Assembly: GCA_965248975.1 (NCBI GenBank)
Contig: CBDFKU010000017.1
Coordinates: 109,090 to 173,089, forward strand
Length of the DNA: 64,000 nucleotides
Origin: Dehalococcoidia bacterium
GTDB lineage: Bacteria; Chloroflexota; Dehalococcoidia; Lucifugimonadales; JAGWBF01
Direction of reading: 5' to 3'
Shown here: in pieces, positions 1 to 10,200 of the stretch
Layout of the letters: each line of letters opens with the position of its first letter
How positions within the stretch are numbered: position 1 is the stretch's first letter
Program-made: the position numbers and the translations under genes
Notes under the pieces: generated by a model
The model's input: only the letters and a program-made list of their open reading frames with translations
The model's database searches: none
Told to the model about the DNA's origin: nothing

Positions 1-568
1 GCGGACGGGCCGCCGTACCCTGCACGCCGTCCAGCAAGGGGAAGCTGCCCATGGGGTGCACCTGTGGGTAGACCAGCACCGATAGAGGCGCTTCCAGCCT
101 CACCCTGCGGCGAAAGAGACCGAAGGGCGCCTTCGACTCCACGTGCACCGGCCCGAAGTGGTGAAGACCCCGCCTATAGCACTGGACCGTGCTGGGCAGG
201 ATCGTCGGACCCCTTGCGGCCATGGTGGTTACGAAGTACCGCTGCTGTGCGTCGTCCGGTCCTGCCAGCGGGCAGAGATAGCTTATCGACAGCAGGTAGC
301 GGGGCCACGACTTGCCGTTCTCCATGAAGAGCTCGACTCGGACAGCCTCCCCTTCGGAGGGACCGAGGGAGCCCGTCGTTTCGTGGCGAGTGATCCGGCG
401 CCGCGCTGACAGGGACATCACCATGAGGTTCGGTACGGCCACAGAGAGGATGAGGACACCCCACAGCATCGCATCCAGGAGGTATAGCCAGCCCACGTGG
501 GTGAGCCACGCCAGAAGGAAGGTGAAGACGGCGGCCACCGCAAGGACGCCGCCTCGAAAGGTAATCAT
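1..568 (-). CDS. DUF58 domain-containing membrane protein (3' end runs off the window)
   Basis: Manual translation MITFRGGVLAVAAVFTFLLAW...CYRRGLHHFGPVHVESKAPFGLFRRR...LVYP matches the DUF58 'RRG...GP...PFGL...LVYP' pattern; lies directly downstream of a MoxR ATPase. Confidence 0.8.
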   Translation of the reverse strand, partial: MITFRGGVLAVAAVFTFLLAWLTHVGWLYLLDAMLWGVLILSVAVPNLMVMSLSARRRITRHETTGSLGPSEGEAVRVELFMENGKSWPRYLLSISYLCPLAGPDDAQQRYFVTTMAARGPTILPSTVQCYRRGLHHFGPVHVESKAPFGLFRRRVRLEAPLSVLVYPQVHPMGSFPLLDGVQGTAARP

Positions 569-583
569 ACCCCCCACGTCCGC

Positions 584-1552
584 TTAGACCGGTACCGCCA
601 CCGAGTCCAGTATCTCGAGGATGGCGTCTCCCGCCGGCATGCCAGCGCCACCGTCCACCAGCACCCGATGGCCGAGGACCAAGGGGGCGACCTCTTTAAC
701 GTCCTCGGGAACGACGAAGTCCCGCCCCTCGAAGGCCGCCCATCCCTGGGCCGCCCGAAGCAGGGCCACCCCTCCCCTGGGGCTCACCCCGACCGCCAGG
801 GCCGGGTGCTCACGGGTGGCACCCAACAGGTTGACGATGTACTGCTTTAGCGGGACCGCCGCCTGTACCTCTTTGACCAGCTCCTGCATACCCACCACGT
901 CGTCGGCGCTTAGGACAGGTGTCGCCTCGACGATCCCATGCTCGGAGCGACTGAGAATCTCCATCTCCTGGTCCGGTGTGGGCAGCCCCATGTTCATGGA
1001 GACTAGGAAGCGGTCAAGCTGGGAGTTGGGCAGAGGGAAGGTCCCGTAGCTCTCCACAGTGTTCTGGGTCGCGATCACCATGAAGGGCCGTGGCAGGGGT
1101 CTTACCACACCGTCGGCGGTAACCTGCTGTTCTCCCATGGCCTCCAACAGCGCCGATTGAGTGCGGGGACCGGTGCGGTTCACCTCGTCGGCCAGCACGA
1201 TGTTGGCGAAGATGGGCCCCGGGACGAACTCGAAACGGTTCTCCCGCATGTCGAAGATGGACCCGCCGGTTATGTCGGTGGGAAGCAGGTCGGGGGTGAA
1301 CTGGATGCGAGAGAACTGGCCGGAGACCGACTGGGCGATGGTCTTGCTCAGCAGGGTCTTGCCGACGCCGGGGAGATCTTCCAGCAGTACATGGCCTCGG
1401 GCGAACAGGCCGAGCAGTGCGAAGCGTATGGTGCGGCGGGGCGCTACCACCACCTGGGCCACGTTGTCCTCAAGCGCCGAGAACCCCTCGTGGAACCGGC
1501 TCCACGTGGTGGCCTCGTTTTCGCCCATCCAGGCCTCTCTTATCAATTTCAC
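584..1552 (-). CDS. MoxR-family AAA+ ATPase
   Basis: HVLLEDLPGVGKT Walker A, RIQFTPDLLPTD, LADEVNR Walker B, FPLPNSQLDRF. Confidence 0.95.
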   Translation of the reverse strand: MKLIREAWMGENEATTWSRFHEGFSALEDNVAQVVVAPRRTIRFALLGLFARGHVLLEDLPGVGKTLLSKTIAQSVSGQFSRIQFTPDLLPTDITGGSIFDMRENRFEFVPGPIFANIVLADEVNRTGPRTQSALLEAMGEQQVTADGVVRPLPRPFMVIATQNTVESYGTFPLPNSQLDRFLVSMNMGLPTPDQEMEILSRSEHGIVEATPVLSADDVVGMQELVKEVQAAVPLKQYIVNLLGATREHPALAVGVSPRGGVALLRAAQGWAAFEGRDFVVPEDVKEVAPLVLGHRVLVDGGAGMPAGDAILEILDSVAVPV

Positions 1553-1681
1553 TGCGCTCGCCTTTCCCTACATCCGACGGGACGTTTCCGGATTCGTCAG
1601 GCCTCCCGCCAACTCGCCGATCGTATCGGCACCCTAGTCCAAGGCATTCCAGGGAAGTATAGCATTCGGGGTATCTACTCA

Positions 1682-2815
1682 CTAGTACTCAGTCAACCTG
1701 TGATTTGAAGGATATAGCCGATGGAGTTTCGCCCTAGCATCTTGGGTGTTGAAGCGCCAATGGATAGAGGCTCGGGCGGCGTTTCGCTCCCCCTCCAGGG
1801 CCTGAATTTCTCGGCGGAGGGCAGCCTCATCGGGGACACGCCTCCTCAGGCAAGATCGGGCCAGGACGCTGAACTCGATCTCCGCCATGTTGAGCCAACT
1901 GCCGTGTTTGGGGGTGTGGTGGAACTCCAGCCGCTTTACGATACGCCGGGCCTCAGGGGCAGGAAAGGCCTCGTACAGGGAAGCCGGGCGATGAGTGTTC
2001 AGGTTATCCAGAACAACTCGCACCACCGGGGCCTCCGGGTAGGCCTCATCCACCAACCAACGCATCTGACGGGCGAAGTCCTGCTGGGTCCGCCGCTGGG
2101 TGATGGCCACGTGTCTCCAGCCCTGCAGCGGCTCGCAGGTCAGGAACAGGTTCCGGGTGCCCTCCCTTCGGTACAAAGTAGTCCTGTCGCCGCGGCTGTC
2201 CCGGCTTCGCTGGGAGGGGCGGCCGTGGCTCGCTCAACAGCTGAGTCGAGGTCTCGTCAAAGCAGACCACCGGCCGCCGGGGGTCATAGGGCTCGGCATA
2301 CAGGTCCAGCACATCCTCCATGGCTGCCACAAAGTCGGCGCTCACCTTAGGAATACACCATTCCTTCTTCTGCCACGGCTTAAGAACGTTTTTTTGAGCC
2401 GCTTGCGGATGCCTTCATGGGACATGGAGGGCACCAACCCTAGCTCTACCACTTTCCCGGCCAACAGCCGCAGGGTCCAGTGGTCGTGGCCCTCCGGCGC
2501 GGCGCTGCAGGCCAGGGCGATGAGGTGGGCCTCTCCCTTGTCGTCCAGCTTCCTCCGTGGCCTGGGCCTGGGCCTTTCCAGCAAAGCCCCCTTCATGCCC
2601 TCTTCAGCGAAACGCCGCTTGATGCGGAACACTGTGCCTACGGAGACGTCCAAGGCCTCAGACACCTTGGGAGCCTTCCAACCCTCATCGCTCTTTAGTA
2701 GAATCCTCGCCCGGGTCATCACACGAGCCCGGCTCTTCCCACTTCGAATCAATTGCTGGAGTTGTTCCCGGTCTTCCTGGTCCAAGCGCACCCTATACTT
2801 TTCCCGTCGTCCCAT
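1682..2815 (-). pseudogene. IS630 transposase with an extra frameshift near 2175
   Basis: Reads GACTAC-TTTGTAC where copy 2 has GACTAC-GAGTAC (+1 nt), splitting orfB into 2046-2345 and 1682-2176. Confidence 0.8.
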
Positions 2816-2911
2816 CACTGCCACCCCTTGGGTAGATTCTGTCTTCCCAAAGGGTAGCAACTTTGAGTGATTTCTTAAATAATTACCAACACCGAGTTGA
2901 CTGAGTACTAG
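1682..2911 (-). mobile_element. IS630-family insertion sequence, copy 1 (frameshifted orfB)
   Basis: Ends CTAGTACTCAGTCAAC ... GTTGACTGAGTACTAG; near-identical to 13646-14874 in inverted orientation; HTH orfA plus DDE orfB (CFDE, LDNLNTH, SWLNMAEIEF). Confidence 0.95.
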
Positions 2912-2983
2912 GGTGATGGCTCTCGGGCACCCGAGGGGCTGCACCCAATCAGCTTTGGGGAGCCACGGGGGACCGGGACTTAG

Positions 2984-3772
2984 CTAGCGACCCTTGAAGT
3001 CCGGACGGCGCTTCTCCAGGAAGGCCCGACGGCCTTCCTGGAAGTCCTCGGTGTCGAAGTGCATGAAGGGGAGGTCGTTTTCTTCCTGGGTGAGCCCGGA
3101 GAGATTGGGCCGCTCCAGCACCGTGCGCAGGACCTCCTTGTGCGCCTTGTGGGACAGGGGCGCCAGACCCGCCACCTTCTCAGCCAGACCGTAGACCAGC
3201 TCATCCACCTGGTCCAGGGGTACTACCTGGTGCACCAGGCCCGTGCGCAGGGCTTCCTGCGCGTCCAGTATGCCGGCGGTAAGCAGGATGTACAGCGCGC
3301 CTCCCCGACCCGCCAACCGGACCAGCCGCCGCATCTCGCCGTATCCGATGCTGATGCCGAGGCGAGCCGCCGTGATGCCGAACCGGGAGTTATCGGCCGC
3401 GATCCTCAGGTCGCAGGCGTGGGTCAGCTCGCAGCCGCCTCCTACACAGTAACCCTTGATCAGGCAGATAGTCGGCTTGGACAAGGCCTCGATGGCGTCC
3501 AACGATCCATCAATAGCCTCAGCGTAGGCCCGTGCTCTGGCCCCGTCGCTGCGGTGGGCCTCGAAGTCCTTGATATCGGCGCCGGTGGAGAAGGCTCGGT
3601 CTCCAGCTCCCCGGAAGACCACCACCCTCACTGATTGAGCTGCCTCCAGTTCCAACGCCAGCTCCTTTAGCCGCAGCCACATGGGATAGCTGATGGCGTT
3701 GTGCTGGTCGGGGCGATTGAAAGTAACCGTGGCGATGCCGTCCCGTTCCTCCAGCAGTATCTCTTCGCTCAT
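2984..3772 (-). CDS. Enoyl-CoA hydratase/isomerase family protein
   Basis: TFNRPDQHNA, AFSTGADI, GYCVGGGCEL..ACDLRIA, C-terminal EGRRAFLEKRRPDF. Confidence 0.93.
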   Translation of the reverse strand: MSEEILLEERDGIATVTFNRPDQHNAISYPMWLRLKELALELEAAQSVRVVVFRGAGDRAFSTGADIKDFEAHRSDGARARAYAEAIDGSLDAIEALSKPTICLIKGYCVGGGCELTHACDLRIAADNSRFGITAARLGISIGYGEMRRLVRLAGRGGALYILLTAGILDAQEALRTGLVHQVVPLDQVDELVYGLAEKVAGLAPLSHKAHKEVLRTVLERPNLSGLTQEENDLPFMHFDTEDFQEGRRAFLEKRRPDFKGR

Positions 3773-3893
3773 CGGAAGCCTCCTATCGGTACCGGAGACG
3801 GGTCCCGGCTTCCAGAGATTTTACACCCTTTCGGGAATCCCGGGCCAGGAATCCAAGATCTTCCGACTATCTTTAGTAGTCAGAAGTCTAACT

Positions 3894-3950
3894 ATCATGG
3901 TGGCTTGTCGAACCATGGGGGAGCCCTTCGACAAGCTCAGGGTGAGCGGG
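3894..3950. repeat. REP-like palindromic repeat, family A (core CCCTTCGACAAGCTCAGGG)
   Basis: Inverted pair GCTTGTCGAA...TTCGACAAGC; related copies at 25591-25616 and 46514-46620. Confidence 0.75.
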
Positions 3951-4002
3951 ACATTTCTGCCCCAGAGCAAAATCGAAAGACCTCGTCAGGAACGGTCCGC
4001 CC

Positions 4003-4030
4003 TTGACAATTCTCCCCACGATAATAGAAT
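4003..4030 (+). promoter_or_regulatory. sigma70-type promoter of the serine hydrolase gene
   Basis: TTGACA-N16-TAGAAT. Confidence 0.55.
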
Positions 4031-4054
4031 CAGGTCAAGGCTCGATGGCAAGAA

Positions 4055-5182
4055 TTGAGCGTCGAGGAGGGAACGATCATGGTAGTTACGGCCGACAACG
4101 TACAGATGGACTCCGGGAAGCTCGCCCGGGTGGAAGAGCTTTTCAGGGAGCAGATCGAGAAGAGAGTGCATCCGGGGGCCGTCCTGGCGGTGTATCGCTA
4201 CGGCCAACAGGTGCTGGACCTGCACGGCGGCATCGCCAACACGGATACTGGGAAGCCCGTGGGTGAGGACACCATATTCGTCCTATACTCTTGCACCAAG
4301 CCGATGACCGGCACGTGCATAAACGTCCTCAAAGATCGAGGGAAGCTGGACTGGGACGATCCGGTGGCCAAACACTGGCCGGAGTTCGCCCAGAACGGCA
4401 AGGGTGGCGTTACCATCCGCCACGTCCTCACGCACCGGGGCGGCTTTCCCATCAGTCCGCCGGAGCTGACCTGGGACATCTGGCGGGACTGGGATGCAGT
4501 GGTCCAGGCGGTGGAAAGGACCACGCCCACCCATGAGCCTGGGACCGTGATCGCCTATCACCCCTTCAACTTCGGCTGGGTTCTGGGCGAGCTGGTGAGG
4601 CGGGTCGATGGCCGGCCCTTCTCCCAGTTCCTGCGGGAGGAGATCACCGAGCCCCTTGGGATGAAGGACACCTACGTCGGCCTGCCGCCGGAGCTGGAGG
4701 GCAGGGTCTCCAGGATCCATGCGATGGAGGACGCCGCCGATCAGAGAGTCTTGGTGGACGACTTCAACAGGCCCGAGGTGCACCAGGCCGTTGTGCCGGC
4801 GGGCTCGGGCATCTCCACCGCCCGAGACATGGCCCGCTTCTTCGCCATGCTGGAACGGGGCGGCACCCTGGACGGAGTGCGCATCCTCAGCCCGGAGACC
4901 GTGGCCGAGGTCACCCGGTTGCACCTGGAAGGGAAGGACCTCACTGTAGGAACGAACATCCGGCGATGCCTGGGGATGTCACTGGGGGACCCTCGCATGG
5001 GCACCGAAGAGGCTGCGAAGGCAGGCTCCTTCGGCCACGGCGGCGCGGGCACATCGGAGGTCTGGGGTGACCGGGAAAGCGGGCTGGCCTTCGCCTTCAT
5101 CGCCAACGGTTTCCGGGCCAACGAGACCAACGACCCACGGATCGTGGCGCTGTCCCAGGCGGTGCGGGACGCCTGCCTCTAG
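4055..5182 (+). CDS. Serine hydrolase, beta-lactamase class C/EstA-like family
   Basis: SCTK (SxxK), LTHRGG, YH, FGHGG motifs; true start may be ATG 4079. Confidence 0.9.
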   Translation: MSVEEGTIMVVTADNVQMDSGKLARVEELFREQIEKRVHPGAVLAVYRYGQQVLDLHGGIANTDTGKPVGEDTIFVLYSCTKPMTGTCINVLKDRGKLDWDDPVAKHWPEFAQNGKGGVTIRHVLTHRGGFPISPPELTWDIWRDWDAVVQAVERTTPTHEPGTVIAYHPFNFGWVLGELVRRVDGRPFSQFLREEITEPLGMKDTYVGLPPELEGRVSRIHAMEDAADQRVLVDDFNRPEVHQAVVPAGSGISTARDMARFFAMLERGGTLDGVRILSPETVAEVTRLHLEGKDLTVGTNIRRCLGMSLGDPRMGTEEAAKAGSFGHGGAGTSEVWGDRESGLAFAFIANGFRANETNDPRIVALSQAVRDACL

Positions 5183-5500
5183 CCGCCCATACCCATCTCT
5201 GTTCCTAGAAGGTGCCGGCCTCAGTAAGCCTTGATATGCCGCACGTTGCCGCTGGGGATCTTGAAGTAGCCTGCCCTTGGCCCCGATTGTCATACTCGGG
5301 CTTTCATGATCTCCATGGTATAGGGACTGTCCCTGTAGGGGTATGATGGCTTCCCGGATCCCCTTGGGCCCAACCTATACGGGTCTGGGTCTATGCGTCC
5401 AGCACACAACGGACCGCAGTGGACCTCCATTCGCGGCAGGGCACGATAAGGAGCGCTTTCCCCTCATTCCCTCATCGAGGGACGGGCGAAGTTATTCCGG

Positions 5501-5530
5501 TTGACCGGCCATCGGGGGGAGGAATATAAT
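5501..5530 (+). promoter_or_regulatory. sigma70-type promoter of the nitroreductase gene
   Basis: TTGACC-N18-TATAAT; GGAGG RBS before the start. Confidence 0.55.
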
Positions 5531-5598
5531 AGCGCTCGGCTTACAGGCGAAGAAGGCTCCTTTGCCGGCTGCACGATCTCGACACACGAGGGAGGAAT

Positions 5599-6240
5599 GT
5601 GATGGCAGATATTGGACTGTTAGAGGCGATGCATAGCCAGCGGCAGATAACCCGTTACAAGACCGACCCGATCCCCGACGGGGTCATAGACCAGATCATC
5701 GAAGCTGCGACGAAGGCTCCCAGCGGCGCCAACGTCCAGCCATGGGAGTTCGTTGTCCTTACCGACCGCAGCACGATAGAGGCCGTGGCCAAAGAGTATC
5801 GAGAGATGTGGCTGGCGGGGCGGGGCCAGACGGCCCCACCCGATGAGAACAAGATCTATTCTGCCGCCCGATACCTTGTCCATCACATCCACGAAATCCC
5901 GGCCTTGATCATCGTGTGCGTGGACCACACTCGGGGCTACATGCCTCACAATGCCGAAAAGCCCATCAACAGGGGTCAGTACGCCAACTCGATCTGGCTG
6001 GCGACCCAGAATATGTTCCTGGCAGCCCGGAGCTTCGGCCTGGGGACTCGCATCTGTGGAGTAGGCGGGCCGGCGGAGCAGAACATTAAGAAAATCCTTG
6101 AGATTCCGGACCATGTTGAGGTGGCCCTGATCACACCTCTCGGCTACCCCAAGGGGAGGTTCGGACCCACGGACCGTATTCCCGCGGACCAGGTGACTCA
6201 TAGGAACAAGTGGGGTAACAAGGGGAAGGTCGCCGCGTAA
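5599..6240 (+). CDS. Nitroreductase family protein
   Basis: EAATKAPSGANVQPWEF, QNMFLAARSFGLG, LGYP. Confidence 0.92.
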   Translation: MMADIGLLEAMHSQRQITRYKTDPIPDGVIDQIIEAATKAPSGANVQPWEFVVLTDRSTIEAVAKEYREMWLAGRGQTAPPDENKIYSAARYLVHHIHEIPALIIVCVDHTRGYMPHNAEKPINRGQYANSIWLATQNMFLAARSFGLGTRICGVGGPAEQNIKKILEIPDHVEVALITPLGYPKGRFGPTDRIPADQVTHRNKWGNKGKVAA

Positions 6241-6335
6241 CACACGGCCGGAGTGATCGCTGAAGAGGGCCTGCCTGGGTGGGCTCTCCGGCGCTTGCAA
6301 ATTGATTCACAATATTTTTTCGCTGTGGTACAATT

Positions 6336-6377
6336 GGGTCCTCCAAGTCCCCGGAAGTGGATTTGGAGGCCCTTTTT
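6336..6377 (+). terminator. Intrinsic terminator-like hairpin
   Basis: GGGTCCTCCAAGTCC-loop-GGATTTGGAGGCCC followed by TTTTT. Confidence 0.6.
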
Positions 6378-6470
6378 GTATGGCGCGTCGCTCCACAGTC
6401 GGCCGGTCCGACCGGCCTTGCCGGTGGACTCATTTTCTTACCATAGAGCAACCGCCGGTATGTCGAGAGA

Positions 6471-7187
6471 TTGAGGGACATGGTTAAAGCCGTCTTCCTG
6501 GACTTCTATAACACCCTAGTCCGGTTCTGGCCTCCCCTCGACGAGATACAGCAGGCCGCGTGCAGAGAGCTGGGACTCAACGTAAGCAAAGAAGGAGTCC
6601 GAAAGGGCTACGTGCTGGCCGACGATTTCATGAGCGAGGAGAACTCGAAGCTGCCCCTGGCCGATCGTAGCCCGGAGCAACGTGACCGCTTCTTCGCCGA
6701 ATACGAGCGGCTCATCCTCCAGGGAGCCGGCGTAGACGTTACGTCGCGGCTGGCCGAGCAGGTATGGCAGATGGCCATCCAGGTGCCCAAGGATTTCGAT
6801 CTGTTCGAGGACGTAGTGCCGGGCCTGGATCTCCTGAAGAAACGGGGAGTCACTCTGGGGGTGATCTCCAACCTGCGCCAGGACATGGACCAGCTATGCA
6901 GAAAGCTGGGGCTGGAGCCATACCTGAGTTTCTGCGTGACCTCGGCCGAGGCCGGGGCCGAGAAGCCGCACCCACCCATTTTCCTCGCCGCCCTGGAACG
7001 GGCGCAGGTCAGCCCCGAGGAGGCTGTCCACGTCGGCGATCAGTACCGATCGGATGTCGAGGGCGCCAAGGCCGTCGGGATCGTGCCCGTGCTGATCGAC
7101 CGGGAAGAGCTGAACGGCAACGTCAACGACTGCTCCAAGATAGCCACTCTACCCGAGCTGGACAAGCTCCTGGAAGAGGGGCTGTAG
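6471..7187 (+). CDS. HAD-superfamily hydrolase (IA)
   Basis: FLDFYNTL, VISN, EKPHPPIF, HVGDQYRSDVEGA; start may be ATG 6480. Confidence 0.92.
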   Translation: MRDMVKAVFLDFYNTLVRFWPPLDEIQQAACRELGLNVSKEGVRKGYVLADDFMSEENSKLPLADRSPEQRDRFFAEYERLILQGAGVDVTSRLAEQVWQMAIQVPKDFDLFEDVVPGLDLLKKRGVTLGVISNLRQDMDQLCRKLGLEPYLSFCVTSAEAGAEKPHPPIFLAALERAQVSPEEAVHVGDQYRSDVEGAKAVGIVPVLIDREELNGNVNDCSKIATLPELDKLLEEGL

Positions 7188-7206
7188 CCGTCCCAGCGGA
7201 CTCTGG

Positions 7207-10200
7207 CTACCCCGCCGCGACCGTCTGTATCTGCTCCCTGAAGGCCATCAGCCGCTCAAGGACCGTCACCAGGCCCTCTTTCTGACCGTCGCCCGCCTGA
7301 CTCACCCTCACGTGTACCTGGGTGTTGCCCACCCGGACCAGGGGCCCAAGGGCCTTCTCCAGTGCCAGCCTGGCTCCGCCCACCTCGTCCTGTAGAGTGA
7401 GGGTCACGGTGGCGCCCTTCTGGACTACGGACTCTACTGCCGCCTCTCCGGCCAGCAGCTTCATCTCTACCATATAGAGCAGGTTGTCGACCACCTGGGG
7501 AATGGGGCCGAAGCGGTCCCGCAGCTCCTCGCGGGTATCGTCGACCTCATGTCGCTCCTTTACCCGCGTCATGCGCTGGTAGATGGCCAGCCGGGTAGGC
7601 AGGTGAGCGATGTAGCTCTCGGGAATGTAGGCGGACAAGTCGAGGCTTACCCGGGCCTGGCCCTGGGGCTCTGCTTCTGCGGGCACTTCGAAGTTCCGGC
7701 CGGCCTTGATCTCTGACACTACCTCGTTGAGCAGCTGGGTATACAGGTCGAACCCCACAGCGTGGATATGGCCGCTCTGCTCGGAGCCCAGGACGTTACC
7801 GGCGCCCCTGATCTCCAGGTCCCGCATGGCTATCCTGAAACCCGCTCCAAGCTCCGCCGCCTCCAGAATCGCCTTCAGGCGCTTGCTCGCCGCCTCGGTT
7901 ATTCGTCTGCCGCTGGGCGTCAGCAGGTAGGCGTAGGCCCTGAAGCCCCCACGCCCCACCCGGCCTCGTAGCTGGTAGAGCTGCGAGAGGCCGAAGCGGT
8001 CGGCCCGGTCTATGATCAGGGTGTTGGCGTTGGGTATGTCCAGCCCCGACTCGATGATGGTGGTGCACACCAGGACGTCCACCTCGCCGTTGGCGAACTC
8101 TACCATCGCCTGCTCTAGCTCGTCCTCGGCCATTCTGCCGTGGCCGATAGTTATCCTGGCCTGAGGCACCAACTTCGCCAGGTTGGCCGCCGCACGGCGA
8201 ATGGTCTGGACGCGGTTGTGGAGGAAGAACACCTGCCCGCCCCTCTCCAGCTCCCTCTGGACGGCCTCCTTCACCACCTCGTCTCTATATTCCGACACGT
8301 AGGTCTTAACAGGGAGTCGCTCTTCGGGGGGGGTCTCCATCGTGCTCATGTCCCGGATGCCGGAGAGGCCCATGTAGAGGCTGCGGGGGATCGGGGTGGC
8401 GCTGAGAGACATCATGTCCACCTCGCGACGCATGCGCTTCAGACGTTCCTTGTGGGCGACCCCGAAGCGCTGTTCCTCGTCTACCACCACCAGCCCCAGG
8501 TTCTTGAACTGCACGTCCTTCTGCAGGAGTCGATGGGTCCCGATTACGATATCCACGGTGCCCAGCCTCAAGCCTTCCACCACCGCCGCCTGCTCCTTCT
8601 TGGTCCTGAACCGGCTGAGCACTTCCAGCTTCACGGGGAAGGGGCTGAGCCTCTCGCTGAAGGTGGCATAGTGCTGTTGGGCCAGCACCGTGGTAGGAAC
8701 CAGGATGGCCACCTGCATACTGTCTCCCGCGGTCTTGAAGGCCGCCCGCAGCGCTACCTCCGTCTTGCCGTAGCCGACGTCTCCGCACACCAGCCGGTCC
8801 ATTGGGCGGGTCCCTTCCATCTCTAGCTTCACTTCGTGAATGGTCCTCTCCTGGTCGGCGGTCTCTTCGTAGGGGAAGGCGTCCTCCAGCTCTTGCTGCC
8901 AGGGTGAGTCGGCGGAGAAGGCGTGGCCTTCGGCAACCTGACGAGAGGCGTACAGCTCCAGCAGCTCCTTGGCCATCTCTCGGGCGGCCGCTTTGGCCCG
9001 CTGCTTGACCCGGCCCCATTCTGGGCTGCCCAACCGCGTAAGGCTGGGCGGCTGCTCACTGGGAGCCTTGTATGGGGCCACCCTGTCGAGATGGTCGGTG
9101 GGTACGTACAGCCGGTCACTCTCGGCGTACTCCAGCACCAGGTATTCCTTCTGCTCCTCCCCCGAGTCCATCTGCTCCGTCCCGGCGAAGCGGGCGATCC
9201 CATGATCGATGTGGACGACGTATCCGCCGGGGACCAACTCCGACAGGAAGGCTTCGCGCTTGACCGGGGTCTTCCGGCTGCGCCGTCGCTGCTTGGCGGC
9301 CCCGAAAAGCTCCGAGTCGGTGAGGAGGACCATCCCGCCCCTGTCCGACGGGAGCGTCCAGCCCTCCCCCAGGCTACCGGGCAGCAGGCTGATGCTGCCG
9401 CCGGCAGGGGAGGAGTCGAGGTCGGTGAGAACCGACGCGCCAAGGCCCTCCTCTTCGGCAACTTCCGAGAGGCGACGGGTGTGGCGGCTCACCATCACGA
9501 CTGCCATGCCCACGTCCGTCCACTCCCTGAGATCCCGTCCCAGCTGGCCCAGCCTGCCGTAGTAGGGCGTGGCCGGCTGAAAGTCGAAGCCGCCGTCGGG
9601 GTCGTTCCAGCCACGCAAGGCCAAACGCTGCCGGCCTTCGACCACCCGACCGAAATCGGCCCACTCGTGCTGGGGCGACGGGAAGTTGGCGGGAAGCTCG
9701 CCCCGTGCTTCTCTGGTGGCCCGCATCTCCCCCGCCCGGTTCCCGAGGGCCATGGCTTCAGTTTCCACCTCCCCTTCTCGGTCGAGCACGAGGAGCCCCT
9801 CTGCGGGCAGGTGGTCCGGGAGGTATCCGCCGTTGAGGAGGCCGTTGTACAGGGGAAGCTCCTCCGACAGGTGCCCTGAGAAGAGGGAGTCCAGCTCCTG
9901 GCTGAATCGCTCCCGGGCCTCGGGGGTGCATCGAGTGAAGTTCAGCTGGCCAATGAGCCTCGAAGCCCGGTCCTTGTCCGCTAGGGCAGGCAGTGTCTCC
10001 CTGGCGGGAACGATATTGACCAAATCCACCGGGCGCACCGACCGTTGAGAGGAGGGATCGAAGAAGCGAAGGCTCTCCACCTCGTCGCCCCAGAGCTCGA
10101 TCCTCACTGGCAGGGGAAAGGACGGCGGGTATACATCCACGACACCGCCTCGGTGACTGAAGGTCCCCGGTATCTCCACTCCCTCTTCCCTCTGGTATCC

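Noticed and set aside
5183-5500. Gene remnant or ncRNA in the long gap before the nitroreductase
   Set aside because: Only short interrupted frames and no recognisable motif; nothing supportable
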